This document shows, piece by piece, positions 1 through 12,575 of a DNA stretch of 64,000 nt. Every line of letters begins with the position of its first letter. Within the stretch, counting starts at the first letter, position 1. A model generated the notes under the pieces. It ran no database searches, was not told where the DNA came from, and was given only the letters and a program-made list of their open reading frames with translations. Origin of the DNA: an uncultured Alphaproteobacteria bacterium (lineage in GTDB: Bacteria > Pseudomonadota > Alphaproteobacteria > Bin95); the NCBI GenBank assembly GCA_963807085.1, contig CAWEBB010000032.1:168451-232450 (forward strand), written 5' to 3'. The position numbers and the translations under genes were made by a program.

Positions 1-409
1 TTCCTCCGCCATGTGGGCGCTCACCATCATCGTCGTCCGCAAGTTGACCTTCGTTGAGCGTCCGGAAACCATTTTGCTGTATCAGGCATTGATGATGGCG
101 GCGATCGCGGGCGTGCCGGCCATTTTCGTCTGGACGACGCCCTCCGGGGACGTGTGGATTTGGTTGATCGCACTCGGCATTCTGGCCGCCACGGCGCACT
201 CGTTCCACGTGAGGGCCTATTCGATGCAGGAAGTGGCGGCGCTCCAGCCACTGGACTTCTCGCGCCTGCCGATCATCGCGGTGGCCGCCTGGGCGATCTT
301 TGACGAAGTGCCCGCGCCTGCCGTGTGGATCGGCGCGCTGATCGTGTTTGCGGCGGGCACCTATATCAGCCACCGGGAAGCGCGGCTGGCGAAGCAGGGG
401 CGACTATGA
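1..409 (+). CDS. DMT/EamA family transporter, C-terminal fragment (5' end outside window)
   Basis: ORF 11..409 shows an EamA-like hydrophobic C-terminal half. Its stop TGA (407-409) overlaps the ATG of the next EamA gene. Confidence 0.5.
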   Translation, partial: SSAMWALTIIVVRKLTFVERPETILLYQALMMAAIAGVPAIFVWTTPSGDVWIWLIALGILAATAHSFHVRAYSMQEVAALQPLDFSRLPIIAVAAWAIFDEVPAPAVWIGALIVFAAGTYISHREARLAKQGRL

Positions 410-1317
410 GCGGGATTATCCGCGCCGCCGTCTTCGCAACGATCGCGACCGTCTTTTTCAGCGGCATGGCCGTTCTGATCCGCCACGTCTCCAGCGAACT
501 GCACCCGCTGGAGATCGTGTTCTTCCGCAACCTGCTGGCCCTCCTGTGGATGACGCCCTGGCTGATGACTGCCGGGATTGCCAGCATGAAGACGAATCGC
601 ATCGGCATGTACGGTTTCCGCGCCGTCATCAGCATGGTTGGGATGACCAGCGGCTTTTGGGCATTCACGCTGATCCCGATCTCCGAGGCGACGGCGCTCA
701 GCTTTCTGGCACCGATCTTCGCGACCGTGGGCGCGGCGCTGATTTTGGGCGAAGACGTGCGTCTGCGGCGGTGGAGCGCCGTGCTCATCGGCTTTGCCGG
801 CGCCATGATCGTGCTGCGGCCGGGCGTGGAAATGATTCAGTTGGGCTCGATCCTGGCGCTGATCAATTGCGTGGGCATGGCGGCGAACAAGCTGGTGCTG
901 AAGTCGCTCACCCGCACGGAAAGGCCGGAGGCGATCATTACCTATATGGTGCTGCTGCTGACGCCGCTGACCTTCATTCCCGCCCTGTTCGTCTGGCAGA
1001 CGCCCAGCTGGGAGATGCTGGGCTGGATGGTGCTGCTCGCCGGTTGTGGTACCATGGCACATTGGTGCATCACCAAGGCGACCGGCTATGCCGACCTGAC
1101 GGTGGTGATGCCGTTCGACTTCACCCGGCTGCCGGTCTCTGCATTGCTGGCCTACCTGCTGTTTGCCGAAGTGCCGACGATCTGGACCTGGATCGGTGGC
1201 GCGGTGATCTTTGCCTCCACCTTCTATATCGCCCGGCGGGAGGCGATGGTGGCGCGGGAGCGGGAAGTGGCCGCCGCCGCTGCCGCTGCCGCTGCCGCTA
1301 AAGCTGCCGGGGTCTGA
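406..1317 (+). CDS. DMT/EamA family transporter
   Basis: ATG at 406 overlaps the upstream stop. The protein has about 10 TM segments and two EamA-like halves, with a poly-Ala C-terminus. Confidence 0.7.
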   Translation: MSGIIRAAVFATIATVFFSGMAVLIRHVSSELHPLEIVFFRNLLALLWMTPWLMTAGIASMKTNRIGMYGFRAVISMVGMTSGFWAFTLIPISEATALSFLAPIFATVGAALILGEDVRLRRWSAVLIGFAGAMIVLRPGVEMIQLGSILALINCVGMAANKLVLKSLTRTERPEAIITYMVLLLTPLTFIPALFVWQTPSWEMLGWMVLLAGCGTMAHWCITKATGYADLTVVMPFDFTRLPVSALLAYLLFAEVPTIWTWIGGAVIFASTFYIARREAMVAREREVAAAAAAAAAAKAAGV

Positions 1318-2497
1318 GCAGCAAAAAGCCGAACAACGGCAAGACGGCAAAGCCGCCGATGGCTATGCTCGTGGCGAAAAGCGTGATGCCTCCCTCGGGA
1401 CGGGTGGCGGCAATCAGGCCCGCCAGCACGCCGCCGCCCAATTGCAGGAACCCGATCAGCGCGGAGGCCGCGCCCGCCCGGTCGCGAAAGGGCGCCATGG
1501 CGCCGGCGATGCTGTTCGGCCGCATCAGCCCCATGCCGTGCATGATCACCGCCATCGGCGCGACCAGGGCCGCGACGTGATGTACGCCCGCAAAAGCGCA
1601 CCCAAGCAGCAGAACCCCGCCCGCCAGCATCACGCTCGTCCCAAGCTCTACCATGGCCGCCGGTGAGCGCGTGCGAGAGAGGCGCGCGGAGAGCGAAGCG
1701 CCCGTGATGAAGCCCACCATGACGATGGCGAAAAAGATGCCGAAAGCCTGTGGGGCATAGCCCAGATGGCCGATAATAACGAACGGCGCGGCCGCGATGA
1801 ATGAGAACAGCGCGCCGCCCGCCAGCAGGCTCGGCAGGCTGAACGACAGGAAGACGCGGTTCCCCAGCATCTCCCTATAGCCGAGCAGGATGCGGACCGG
1901 GCGCAGTTCTGCGCGGTGATGTCGTTCGCGGGTTTCCTGCAGCATGAAAAACACGGCGAGGAACATGGCCAGGCCGCTGGCGGCTAAGGTCACGAAGATC
2001 GCAGGCCACTCGAACCAGAGCAGGAGCGCGCTGCCGATCATCGGCGCGGCGATGGGAGCGACGCCCATGCCGGCCGTCACGATGGACATGGCGCGCTGGG
2101 CCGCCGCCCCGTCATAGACATCGGCCACCACCGCGCGGGCGGCGACGGGGCCGGCGCAGGCCGCGACGCCCTGCACGAAGCGCGCGGCCAGCAGGACGGT
2201 CAGGTTGTGGGATAGCAGGCAGACCACGCCCATGGCGGCATAGAGCGCCAGGCCGGTCAGCAATATAGGGCGGCGGCCATAGCGGTCGGATATTGGCCCC
2301 AGCAGCAACTGCGCCACCGCGAATCCCGCCAGGAACACGCCGATAACGAGCTGCGCTCGGCTCTCCGGCTCGCCGAAAGCCTTGGCCAACGCCGGCAGGC
2401 CCGCCAGCGGCATGTCAATCGAGAGCGGCGTGATGCCGCTCAGGCAGGTCAGCAGGATGATGATCACCAGACTGGTCGGCGGAATCGCGATCCGCAT
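1298..2497 (-). CDS. MFS transporter, Bcr/CflA drug-resistance subfamily
   Basis: 399 aa with 12 TM segments. Motif 'GPISDRYGRRP' is typical of Bcr/CflA MFS efflux pumps. Confidence 0.7.
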   Translation of the reverse strand: MRIAIPPTSLVIIILLTCLSGITPLSIDMPLAGLPALAKAFGEPESRAQLVIGVFLAGFAVAQLLLGPISDRYGRRPILLTGLALYAAMGVVCLLSHNLTVLLAARFVQGVAACAGPVAARAVVADVYDGAAAQRAMSIVTAGMGVAPIAAPMIGSALLLWFEWPAIFVTLAASGLAMFLAVFFMLQETRERHHRAELRPVRILLGYREMLGNRVFLSFSLPSLLAGGALFSFIAAAPFVIIGHLGYAPQAFGIFFAIVMVGFITGASLSARLSRTRSPAAMVELGTSVMLAGGVLLLGCAFAGVHHVAALVAPMAVIMHGMGLMRPNSIAGAMAPFRDRAGAASALIGFLQLGGGVLAGLIAATRPEGGITLFATSIAIGGFAVLPLFGFLLLRPRQL

Positions 2498-2838
2498 CGA
2501 ACGAACCTTTTTTCTTCGGCAGGCGGGGGCCTTTCGCCTTGCCCTGTCCTAGCATTACCAAAGGAGGCGAGGTATGCGCCAACTTGTGCGCGCACCGTAA
2601 GGCCGGGGCTCGCCGCTTCGGGGCGCTATCAACTCCCGGCTTGTCACGCCTTGACATGATCCATATCACGTTGGGCATCGTTGGGAGCGTGCGGCCCTCA
2701 ATCTCCATTTGTCCGGCCTGTGGCAGAATATATCTGTAGGTTGAGAATGTTTGCGCGGGAACGCGATATAGAGCATTAGTGTTTTGATATCCTGTGCATG
2801 CATCTGACGCAGGCAACACAATCTAGAGGGGTGACCCG

Positions 2839-3786
2839 GTGGCCCGGCCGGAAGACTTCGGCTTTTCCTCAGGATACGCGTATGCCAACGGCGTGCGGCT
2901 GCACTATGCCCGTGTCGGGGCGTCCGCGGGCGGACGCGTGCCGTTGATTCTGCTGCACGGCTGGCCCGAATTCTGGCAGACGTGGCGTAAAATGATGCCG
3001 CTGCTGGCCGACCGTTTCGACCTGATCGCGCCAGACCTGCGCGGTTTCGGCCAGAGCGACAAGCCGAGTTTCGGCCCCTCGCGGCGCCAGACGGCAGAGG
3101 TGATGGCGGCCGACATTGTCGCCCTGGCCGACGCGCTGGGGCTGAAGCGTGTTGGGCTGGTCGGCCACGATGTCGGCGCCATGGTCATGCAGGCCGTCGC
3201 TCGGGCGGCGCCGGCGCGGGTGTCGGGCTTGGTGTTTTTCAACTGCCCGTATCCGGGAATCGGCCAGCGCTGGCACGATGCCGGTCATATCGGCGAGGTC
3301 TGGTATCAGAGCTTCCACCAACTGCCCTGGGCGGCCCAGCTGGTCGGCAGCAGCCGGGAGGCGTGCGGGCTCTATTTGCGCCATTTCCTCACCCACTGGC
3401 CGGCCCACCCAAAGGCGTTCGACGACGATTTCGGCGATTGGGTCGACAACTTCATGCGGCCCGGCAATCTTCAGGGCGGGTTCAACTGGTATCTGTCGGC
3501 GCACGAGACCCGGATGGCGATCGCACGCGGGGATTTGCCGCCGCCGCCGATCCCGCTGCCGACACACGTGTTCTGGGGCCGGCATGACCCGGTGCTGAAG
3601 GCCGAATGGGCCGACCGCATTCCGGAAATTTTCCCTGCGGCCACGGTCGAAATCTGTGAAAATGCCGGCCACTTCGTCCACTATGAAGCGCCCGAAGAGG
3701 CCGCGACTGTGGTGGCGGCGGCGTTCAAGCCGCCGAAGCCTGCAGCGGCCGCACCCCAGACCCACCCGATATCATCGACCGGTTAG
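2839..3786 (+). CDS. alpha/beta hydrolase (epoxide hydrolase / haloalkane dehalogenase-like)
   Basis: Motifs 'LLHGWPEFWQTWRKM' and 'DLRGFGQSDKP' match epoxide-hydrolase-type alpha/beta-fold proteins. The exact start (GTG) is uncertain. Confidence 0.7.
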   Translation: MARPEDFGFSSGYAYANGVRLHYARVGASAGGRVPLILLHGWPEFWQTWRKMMPLLADRFDLIAPDLRGFGQSDKPSFGPSRRQTAEVMAADIVALADALGLKRVGLVGHDVGAMVMQAVARAAPARVSGLVFFNCPYPGIGQRWHDAGHIGEVWYQSFHQLPWAAQLVGSSREACGLYLRHFLTHWPAHPKAFDDDFGDWVDNFMRPGNLQGGFNWYLSAHETRMAIARGDLPPPPIPLPTHVFWGRHDPVLKAEWADRIPEIFPAATVEICENAGHFVHYEAPEEAATVVAAAFKPPKPAAAAPQTHPISSTG

Positions 3787-3928
3787 GCCACCGTCGGAGG
3801 AAGGCCAGTCACCGCTGCACCAACTTCTTGGTGGAAAGCGCGAAGTGCGCTAGGTGATGCCACGATTGAAATTTGCAAATTGTAAAGGCCGGTAAGATCC
3901 CCCTTTTTCCCATATTCCGTCCGATCAC

Positions 3929-5242
3929 ATGACAGGCTTGTTGTACCGACTGGTCGTCAGGGTGAAGCATCTGCGTGGTTTTGTGACCGTGCCGGGCCTG
4001 ATCAGCCTCGGCGGCGTGCTTTTGGCGGGCGCGATGCTGATGTTGGACTGGTTCATCGATGGGCAAAGCGGGCTAACTATTCCCGACTTCCTGACGATCC
4101 CGTCCGACAATGCCCGGCCGATATTGATCGCCGTTGCCGGCTCCACCATGACGGCCTTGAGCCTGGTCTATTCCAGCGTGCTGGTGGTCTTCACACTGGC
4201 GGCGGGCAATATCGGTCCGCGCCTGCTTCTGCGGTTTTCCAGCGACCGGACGAACCAGATTGCGGTGGGAACGTTGGGCGGCACGTTTCTGTATTCGCTC
4301 ATCATCATCCGCAACCAGTACAAGGGCCATTCGGTCGATCTTTCGGTGAATGTCGGGTTGTTGCTGGCGGCGCTTTGCGTCGTCATGCTGTTGTTCTTCG
4401 TCAATTCCGCCGCTAAGCGCGTGACGATCGACGAGGAAGTGGCATCGATCGGCGACACGCTCGATGAAGAACTGAGCCGGGCGATTGCTGCCATTAACCC
4501 CGTCAACCGGGCTGACGTGGTGCGCCCCACGGGGCGTGAATACGTCATCGCAACGACCAAGGCGGGCTATATCAACCGAATTAATTATCTGGAAATCGCT
4601 AAAATTGCGGCCAAGCATAAAGCGTTTATCGACTTCGACGTCGTGCCCGGCTCTTATGTGATAGAGGGCCAGAAGTTGGCCTTGGTGCTTTCGAGCAGCG
4701 AAATGAAAATTCGAGAGCAGATTTTACCTTATGTTGTTCTGGGGCGGTCGCGATCGTCGGAAGAAGATTTGGTGTTTTCCGTCAGCCTGTTGGTGGAAAT
4801 CGCCTTAAGGGCGTTGTCCCCGGGTATAAACGATACGTTTACGGCCATTGCCTGCGCTGACCGGCTTTCCGCGGCCTTGTCCCGCGCGCGCTGTGCCGGG
4901 CTATCATCGGGCGTCTACACCGGGCCGGATGGAGCCGTCCGGGTGACGGCGCCAAACCTCACCATCGACGACCTGGTTGCCTATGCGTTCGACCCGTTGC
5001 GCCGCGCCGCGCGCGACAACGTCTTGATGACCCGGCATATCGTTCTGGCGCTGGGCCGGCTGGGCTTGGGGAAGAACCTGCCCGGCGAGGACGCCGTTCG
5101 CCGGCAGCTGGAACTGGTGCGGGAAGGCGCGCGGGCGGGCGACCTGCTCGAGGCCGACATGCAGAGGCTCGAACAGGCGATTGACCACGCGCTTGATCGG
5201 CAAGTAGGCTGGCCGCTGCCCGGTCTGGAAGGGCAGGGATAG
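3929..5242 (+). CDS. DUF2254 family membrane protein
   Basis: 437 aa with N-terminal TM helices followed by a soluble domain. Overall similarity to the DUF2254 'predicted membrane protein' family, from memory. Confidence 0.55.
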   Translation: MTGLLYRLVVRVKHLRGFVTVPGLISLGGVLLAGAMLMLDWFIDGQSGLTIPDFLTIPSDNARPILIAVAGSTMTALSLVYSSVLVVFTLAAGNIGPRLLLRFSSDRTNQIAVGTLGGTFLYSLIIIRNQYKGHSVDLSVNVGLLLAALCVVMLLFFVNSAAKRVTIDEEVASIGDTLDEELSRAIAAINPVNRADVVRPTGREYVIATTKAGYINRINYLEIAKIAAKHKAFIDFDVVPGSYVIEGQKLALVLSSSEMKIREQILPYVVLGRSRSSEEDLVFSVSLLVEIALRALSPGINDTFTAIACADRLSAALSRARCAGLSSGVYTGPDGAVRVTAPNLTIDDLVAYAFDPLRRAARDNVLMTRHIVLALGRLGLGKNLPGEDAVRRQLELVREGARAGDLLEADMQRLEQAIDHALDRQVGWPLPGLEGQG

Positions 5243-5318
5243 GCAGTCGCCCCCCGCGCGCCGAAGCGACTGGCTGCGCGCCGCCCGAACGGCCAGCCCC
5301 TCGACGCGGTCCCGTCAC

Positions 5319-7784
5319 TCAGCAGACCTGTTTCGGGTCTCGTTTGCCGACAAACCGCCAGGTTACACGGCCCAGCTCCTGTCCTTGGTAATGCTGACCG
5401 ATGGAGACCATGTTGCCCGGCCGGCCGTGCCGGGACAGCCCTTCAACGATGAAGCGGCATTTCAGGCGTGCGCCCTTCACCAGGACGACGTCCGGCACGA
5501 ACAGCCGCTGACACGCGGGCAGGTAGAGAATGCCGGTTTGCCGGGCCCGGTCAATCTTGCAGTCCAGGTCGAGCTGACCACAAAACGCCTTCACCAATTC
5601 CAGAGGCAGTTCCACTGCCGCCCGTACGCCACCGCTGAGCCGCTGCTCGATAACAAAGTCGAAGGCGCGCCGTTGGTCTGGAAAATTCGCGATCAGGAAC
5701 GGCCCGGCAAACGGGTCGGCGCTCGGGTCTTCGATGTCGTCGACCACGTTGAAGTTGCGCCAGGTCACGTTGTTCTGGTTGCGCACGAACGAGCTGAAGC
5801 TGGTGAACGTCGTTGGCAGCGGCGGTGCCGGGTCTATCGGATGGTCCAGAATGCCGACAAAGCAGTAGTGTCCCTCGCCCGGAATGCCCGGCTCCGGCCA
5901 GACCAGTTCCGGCGCGACGACCAGGGTGTCGCCCTGCGGTACGTTGACCGGCGCGGTCGTGCCGATCAGGTTCCACATGTCGGGGGTGACCAAAGTCGAG
6001 ACGTTGCTCCAATAGACTTGGCAAGTGACGTTATTGGCGTCGGCCGCACCGCGGTTCTTCATCCGCACATAGATGTAGTTATCCTGGCCGGCCTCTGCCT
6101 CGAAGCCGAGCGACTGGCTATTCTCGGTGCCAGAACCCTCACCGAACGCCGTCTGCGGATCCGCGATCTGAAAGGGCCGCACGATGATGTCCGGGCTGGC
6201 GCTGATACCGCCTGAGGTTGGCACCGTGCCGTCGTCGCCCGGGTTGTCGCGCAGATAGACGTCGGCGCTCAGCCCCAGTGTATCGTCGATGATGGCGCGC
6301 AGGTTCGGCATGACGCCGATATTGCCCGCGACGCCGCCGCCCTGCGGCGTGCCGGTGGCTGGGTTGGAGAGCAACAGGCGCATCTGCTGCGGCGACAGCC
6401 GAACGCCGGTGTTGGCTTCGAGCATGCCCTGCAGGATCGCGCCTGCTCCGGCGACGATGGGCGTGGCAGAGCTGGTTCCGCTAAAGAGGTCCGTATACTC
6501 GTCGTTCGGCCCGGTGCCAGCGTCCAGAAAGCCATAGCCGCAGGTGACAACATTGCGGCCCCAGCCGTAGCAGTTGACCCGCGTCCCGAAGCTGCTGGAC
6601 TGCCCGCCAGTCCAGATCGCGCGGTCATGCGGCAGCGCATCCTCGGCCGCACCGCACATGATGGCGCCTGAAGTTCGCGGAAATCGGGCGAGGCCGGGTT
6701 CAGGATCTGCAGGCCGCCGTTCGTGATTGCGTCCAGGTCGTTGCCGCCATTGCCTGCCGCCTCGAACACGACGATGCCAAGCGCGGAGGCGAGCCGCAGC
6801 GCGTCGAAGCTGTCGTCCACGTACTCGGCTGGCGCACCGAAGGGATTGGGCGCGACCGTCTGAACCTCGATGATCAGAATATCACCCGCGCTCAGCGTAT
6901 TCACGGCAGCGACCACGGCATCGGCGATGTCGGCGCTGGTCCCGGTCACGGAATCCCAATAGCTGGAGCAGTTCACCGGGCCGGCCAGCGGGGCGATGCC
7001 GACCACGCCGACAGTGTTGTCGTCGGCGATGACCTCACCCAGGACGGCGGTGCCATGGTCTGCGCTGCCTGCCCGGTTGTCGCCTGCGATCAGGCTAGGG
7101 CTTTTGCCGGTGAAGTCCTCGTGCGTGAGGGTCTCAGCCCCGCTCCACATCGACCACGCCGATACCCGCGCCGCAGCCGTTCGGCTGGGTCCAGGCCCAG
7201 CGCGCATCGATTCCATCCGGTGCGGCATCTAGGTAGCCCTGTTGTCCGTTATAGGCATCATTTGCCGGATTGACCGCGGGTTCGGTGTACTGCGCCTCCG
7301 GGTAGGCGGCGGCGACGCCGGGCACGGACCGCAGCACCTTTATAACTTCGTCCAGCCGGCCTATCTGGCCGCGAACATCGAGCTTCCAGTAGCTGGTAAG
7401 GCTGCGCAGCGGTGGGAACGGCGACTGCGCCGCTTTTCGCTCCATCTCCCGCAGCTGGCCCTGCGGAACGGACCGAACCAGCGGCTTGCCGGCGCCAAGG
7501 TCGAACTCGGCCATCACCCGCAGCAAATCATCCAGGTTCGCTGCTTTTGCCAGTTCTTCGAGGGTATTGAAGTTCCCGTCCGCGGCGGCCGGCATGTCCC
7601 CCAGCCGGACCACGATAAAGCCGGAGGGGCCTTCTTCATTGTTTGGAGCACGCCCTGGCGGAATCAGATCTCCGGTTGGCGCAGGGGGATGGATGCGATG
7701 GGGCGAAAGCGGCAAACCGCGGTCAGCCACTGCCCGGATCGAGCGAACATTCACACGTCCTGGAAACATGACAGGTCTCCTCAT
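5319..7784 (-). pseudogene. S8 (subtilisin) family serine peptidase, split over three reading frames by at least 2 frameshifts
   Basis: Three consecutive minus-strand ORFs (7134..7970, 6269..7228, 5319..6659) carry the catalytic motifs in order: Asp 'GIGVVDVE', His 'SADHGTAVLGE' and Ser 'GTSSATPIVAG'. Frame changes lie near 7140-7200 and 6660-6700. No signal peptide is evident. Confidence 0.6.
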
Positions 7785-7990
7785 GGTTGTTACCCTTCGC
7801 GGTCGGTTAAACCGCAGTCGGGATAGCAACGAGGTTATCGGGATTAATCCTGGATCGCGGTGATGCAGTTCATATGGTCGGCTTTCGTGAACGGCGTTGG
7901 CCGCAAATCCGTGCCAACGCTCTGGCTCCGGCCCGCTTGCGTCTCTAAACTGCGCGCAACCGGTAATCATGCGAGCAGAGGAAGCCCCTT

Positions 7991-10108
<2,118 letters not shown>

Positions 10109-10121
10109 GGCCAACCCCTAA

Positions 10122-10167
10122 CGTCGTCATTGCGAGTCCGGTGGCTCGATGCCTCGCAATGACGACG
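10122..10167. repeat. palindromic REP-like hairpin (15-bp arms CGTCGTCATTGCGAG / CTCGCAATGACGACG, 16-nt loop)
   Basis: Perfect inverted repeat read directly from the sequence, between the FadB-like stop and the GNAT start. The GNAT ATG lies inside the right arm. Confidence 0.5.
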
Positions 10168-10178
10168 AAGTTCAAAAT

Positions 10179-10727
10179 ATGACCACCCTCTCGACGCTCC
10201 GCCTGACGCTCCGCCCGTTCGAGGTAGCGGACATCCCCGCCTACGCTGCCATCCGGGCCAAGCCCGAGGTGGTGCGCTATTTGATGGGAGGGGCGGAGAC
10301 GGCCACGCGGGCGCAGGAAATTGCCGAGGCCCGCGTGAAAGATTTCGCCGCCATGTGGCAGGAGCGGGGCGGCTTTGGCCCATGGGCGGTGGTCGAGAAG
10401 GCCAGCGGCGACCTGATCGGGCACGGTGGCTTGCGCCGGTGGGAGGCGCTGGGAGATGCCCCGGAACTGCTCTACATGCTGGACGACAGCGCCTGGAGCA
10501 AAGGCTATGCAAGCGAGATCGCAAACGCCGCGCTCCGCTTCGGTTTCAATGTGCTGGACCTCCCCGAGATCGTGGCGGCGGCCGCGCCGGCAAATACGCC
10601 CTCGATTTGCGTGATGGAGAAGGCGGGCATGCGGCGCGACCCCGATCTAATTGCCATCGAAGGTGTGCAGGCCGTCAGATGTGTTTTGCGCCAGGAGGAC
10701 TGGCGGGCCTTGCAGAAAGGCATGTAG
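10179..10727 (+). CDS. GNAT family N-acetyltransferase (RimJ/RimL-like)
   Basis: Begins 'MTTLSTLRLTLRPFEVADIPAY' with an acetyltransferase core and is about 180 aa. Confidence 0.7.
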   Translation: MTTLSTLRLTLRPFEVADIPAYAAIRAKPEVVRYLMGGAETATRAQEIAEARVKDFAAMWQERGGFGPWAVVEKASGDLIGHGGLRRWEALGDAPELLYMLDDSAWSKGYASEIANAALRFGFNVLDLPEIVAAAAPANTPSICVMEKAGMRRDPDLIAIEGVQAVRCVLRQEDWRALQKGM

Positions 10728-10775
10728 AACACGGGCCATCCGTCCCGCAAAATGTCTTTCAGAGGTGCCTGACCC

Positions 10776-11555
10776 ATGCCCGAACGTGACGAAAACGGCC
10801 TGCCGACCAGCGACACGATCCGCGCGCTCCAAAATCGCGTCAGCGTGCGCAAGTTCACGGAAGAGCCGGTTACCGACCAGCAGGTGGAGGCAATCCTGCG
10901 GGCTGCGTTTCGCGCGCCGACCTCCTCCAACATCCAGTCCTACAGCGTCGTGGTGGTCCGGGACAAAGACACGCTGGCCAAGCTCGCACCCGTCACCGGC
11001 AATCAGAAGCATGTTGCCGAAGCGCCGGTTTTCCTGGCCTTCTGCGCAGACATGACGCGGATCGAGCACGCCATGGCCAACAACGGCGGGAACATCGATA
11101 ACAACAATTTCGAGATGGGGCTGGTCACCAGCGTTGATGCGGCGCTGGTTGGCATGTCGGCCTACCTCGCTGCCGAGTCGCTCGGCATCAAAGGCGTGAT
11201 GATCGGCGCGGTCCGGAACGATGCGGTCAAGTCCGCCGAGATTCTGGGCCTGCCGCACCGGGTCTATGTGGTTTTCGGCATGGTGCTCGGCTGGCCGGCC
11301 GAGCAGCCGCCGCAGAAACCGCGCATGCCCTATGAGGCGATGGTCCATCTTGAGCAGTTTGGCCAGCACAAGGATGGCCTCACCATGGAAGACGCGCTGC
11401 AGCAATATGACAAGGAACTGGCGGCGCATTATCGCGGACAGGGCCGGGTCACCAACGACAATTCCTGGAGCGCCGAACTGGTGAAGAAATTCTCGCCGCA
11501 GCCACGCGAGAAGCTGCGGGCAGAGGTGGCGCATCAGGGCTTTGACTTCCGCTAG
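10776..11555 (+). CDS. NADPH-dependent nitroreductase (NfsA-like)
   Basis: 259 aa. Motif 'RVSVRKFTEEPVTDQQVEAILRAAFRAPTSSNIQSYSVVVV' is characteristic of the NfsA/FRP nitroreductase family. Confidence 0.7.
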   Translation: MPERDENGLPTSDTIRALQNRVSVRKFTEEPVTDQQVEAILRAAFRAPTSSNIQSYSVVVVRDKDTLAKLAPVTGNQKHVAEAPVFLAFCADMTRIEHAMANNGGNIDNNNFEMGLVTSVDAALVGMSAYLAAESLGIKGVMIGAVRNDAVKSAEILGLPHRVYVVFGMVLGWPAEQPPQKPRMPYEAMVHLEQFGQHKDGLTMEDALQQYDKELAAHYRGQGRVTNDNSWSAELVKKFSPQPREKLRAEVAHQGFDFR

Positions 11556-11655
11556 GTCGGTGCCGTTTGCGCCGATCGCGTGATGTTCTCGCTTGGCGTT
11601 TGATGCTTGACGGCGGCTTGGCTTTCGCCTAGCTAAGCCGCCTCTCGCGTTGGAT

Positions 11656-11730
11656 GGTGCCCTTAGCTCAGTTGGTTAGAGCGCCTGGTTGTGGTCCAGG
11701 AGGTCGCCGGTTCAAATCCGGTAGGGCACC
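11656..11730 (+). tRNA. tRNA-His (anticodon GTG), with genomically encoded G-1 paired to C73
   Basis: Cloverleaf read by eye. Acceptor stem is GTGCCCT/AGGGCAC and D-arm is TAGCTCAGTTGGTTAGAGC. Anticodon stem-loop is CCTGG-TTGTGGT-CCAGG, and the T-loop is TTCAAAT. Confidence 0.8.
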
Positions 11731-11858
11731 CCCAGTTCCCCTAGGTAATCCTCAAAGGCAATCTCCGAAGGCAATCCGTCCGCTTGCCAGGTGGCGCGGC
11801 GCAGGGCAATTTGGCGGTATCGATCGATCAAAACCGACAAAGCCCTCGGGAACCTTTC

Positions 11859-12575
11859 ATGAACGACGCAGCGCCGAAAGCGCCCACAGAACCGGCGGCA
11901 AAACCGCCGCGTATCCGCGATGCCGCAACCATGATTATCGTGCGTCAAGGCAGAGCGGGGCCCACCGTGCTGATGGGCGAGCGCTCGTCGGGTCATGTGT
12001 TTTTCCCCTATCATTATGTGTTTCCGGGCGGCCGCGTGGACCGGGCGGACGGCTATGTTAAGCCCGCCACCGACCTGCGCCCCGAAGTCCTGGACAAGCT
12101 GACCCAGGCTGCGACCGAACGCCGGGCGCGGGCGCTCGCCATGGCCGCGGTGCGGGAGACATTTGAGGAGGCGGGGCTGATCATCGGTGGCAAGCCGGAT
12201 GCCCCGCAAAAGGCGCCGAAAGGCTGGGAGGACTTCTTTGCCACCGGCAACGCGCCCTGCCTGGAGAACCTTTCCTTCATCTATCGCGCGGTGACGCCGC
12301 CCGCCCGCCCGCGCCGCTTCAATGCCCGCTTCTTTGTCGTGGATGCCGACTATGTGCAGGGCGACATGGACCGGGGCGATCTGGGCGACGGCGAGTTGCT
12401 GGCGCTGAAGTGGTTCCGGTTCGAGGACGCCTATAACCTGAAAATCCGGCCGGTGACGGCGCAGGCATTGCAGGAAATCGAGGCGCGCATCGCCGATGGC
12501 AACCTGCACGACCCGAACCGCCCCGTGCCGTGGTCGAAGACGGTGGGCAAGCAACGGATCTATGGCCATCATTAG
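11859..12575 (+). CDS. NUDIX hydrolase
   Basis: ATG at 11859 ('MNDAAPK'). 'FPGGRVDRADG' is followed by a NUDIX-box-like region. The stop overlaps the nnr start. Confidence 0.6.
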   Translation: MNDAAPKAPTEPAAKPPRIRDAATMIIVRQGRAGPTVLMGERSSGHVFFPYHYVFPGGRVDRADGYVKPATDLRPEVLDKLTQAATERRARALAMAAVRETFEEAGLIIGGKPDAPQKAPKGWEDFFATGNAPCLENLSFIYRAVTPPARPRRFNARFFVVDADYVQGDMDRGDLGDGELLALKWFRFEDAYNLKIRPVTAQALQEIEARIADGNLHDPNRPVPWSKTVGKQRIYGHH

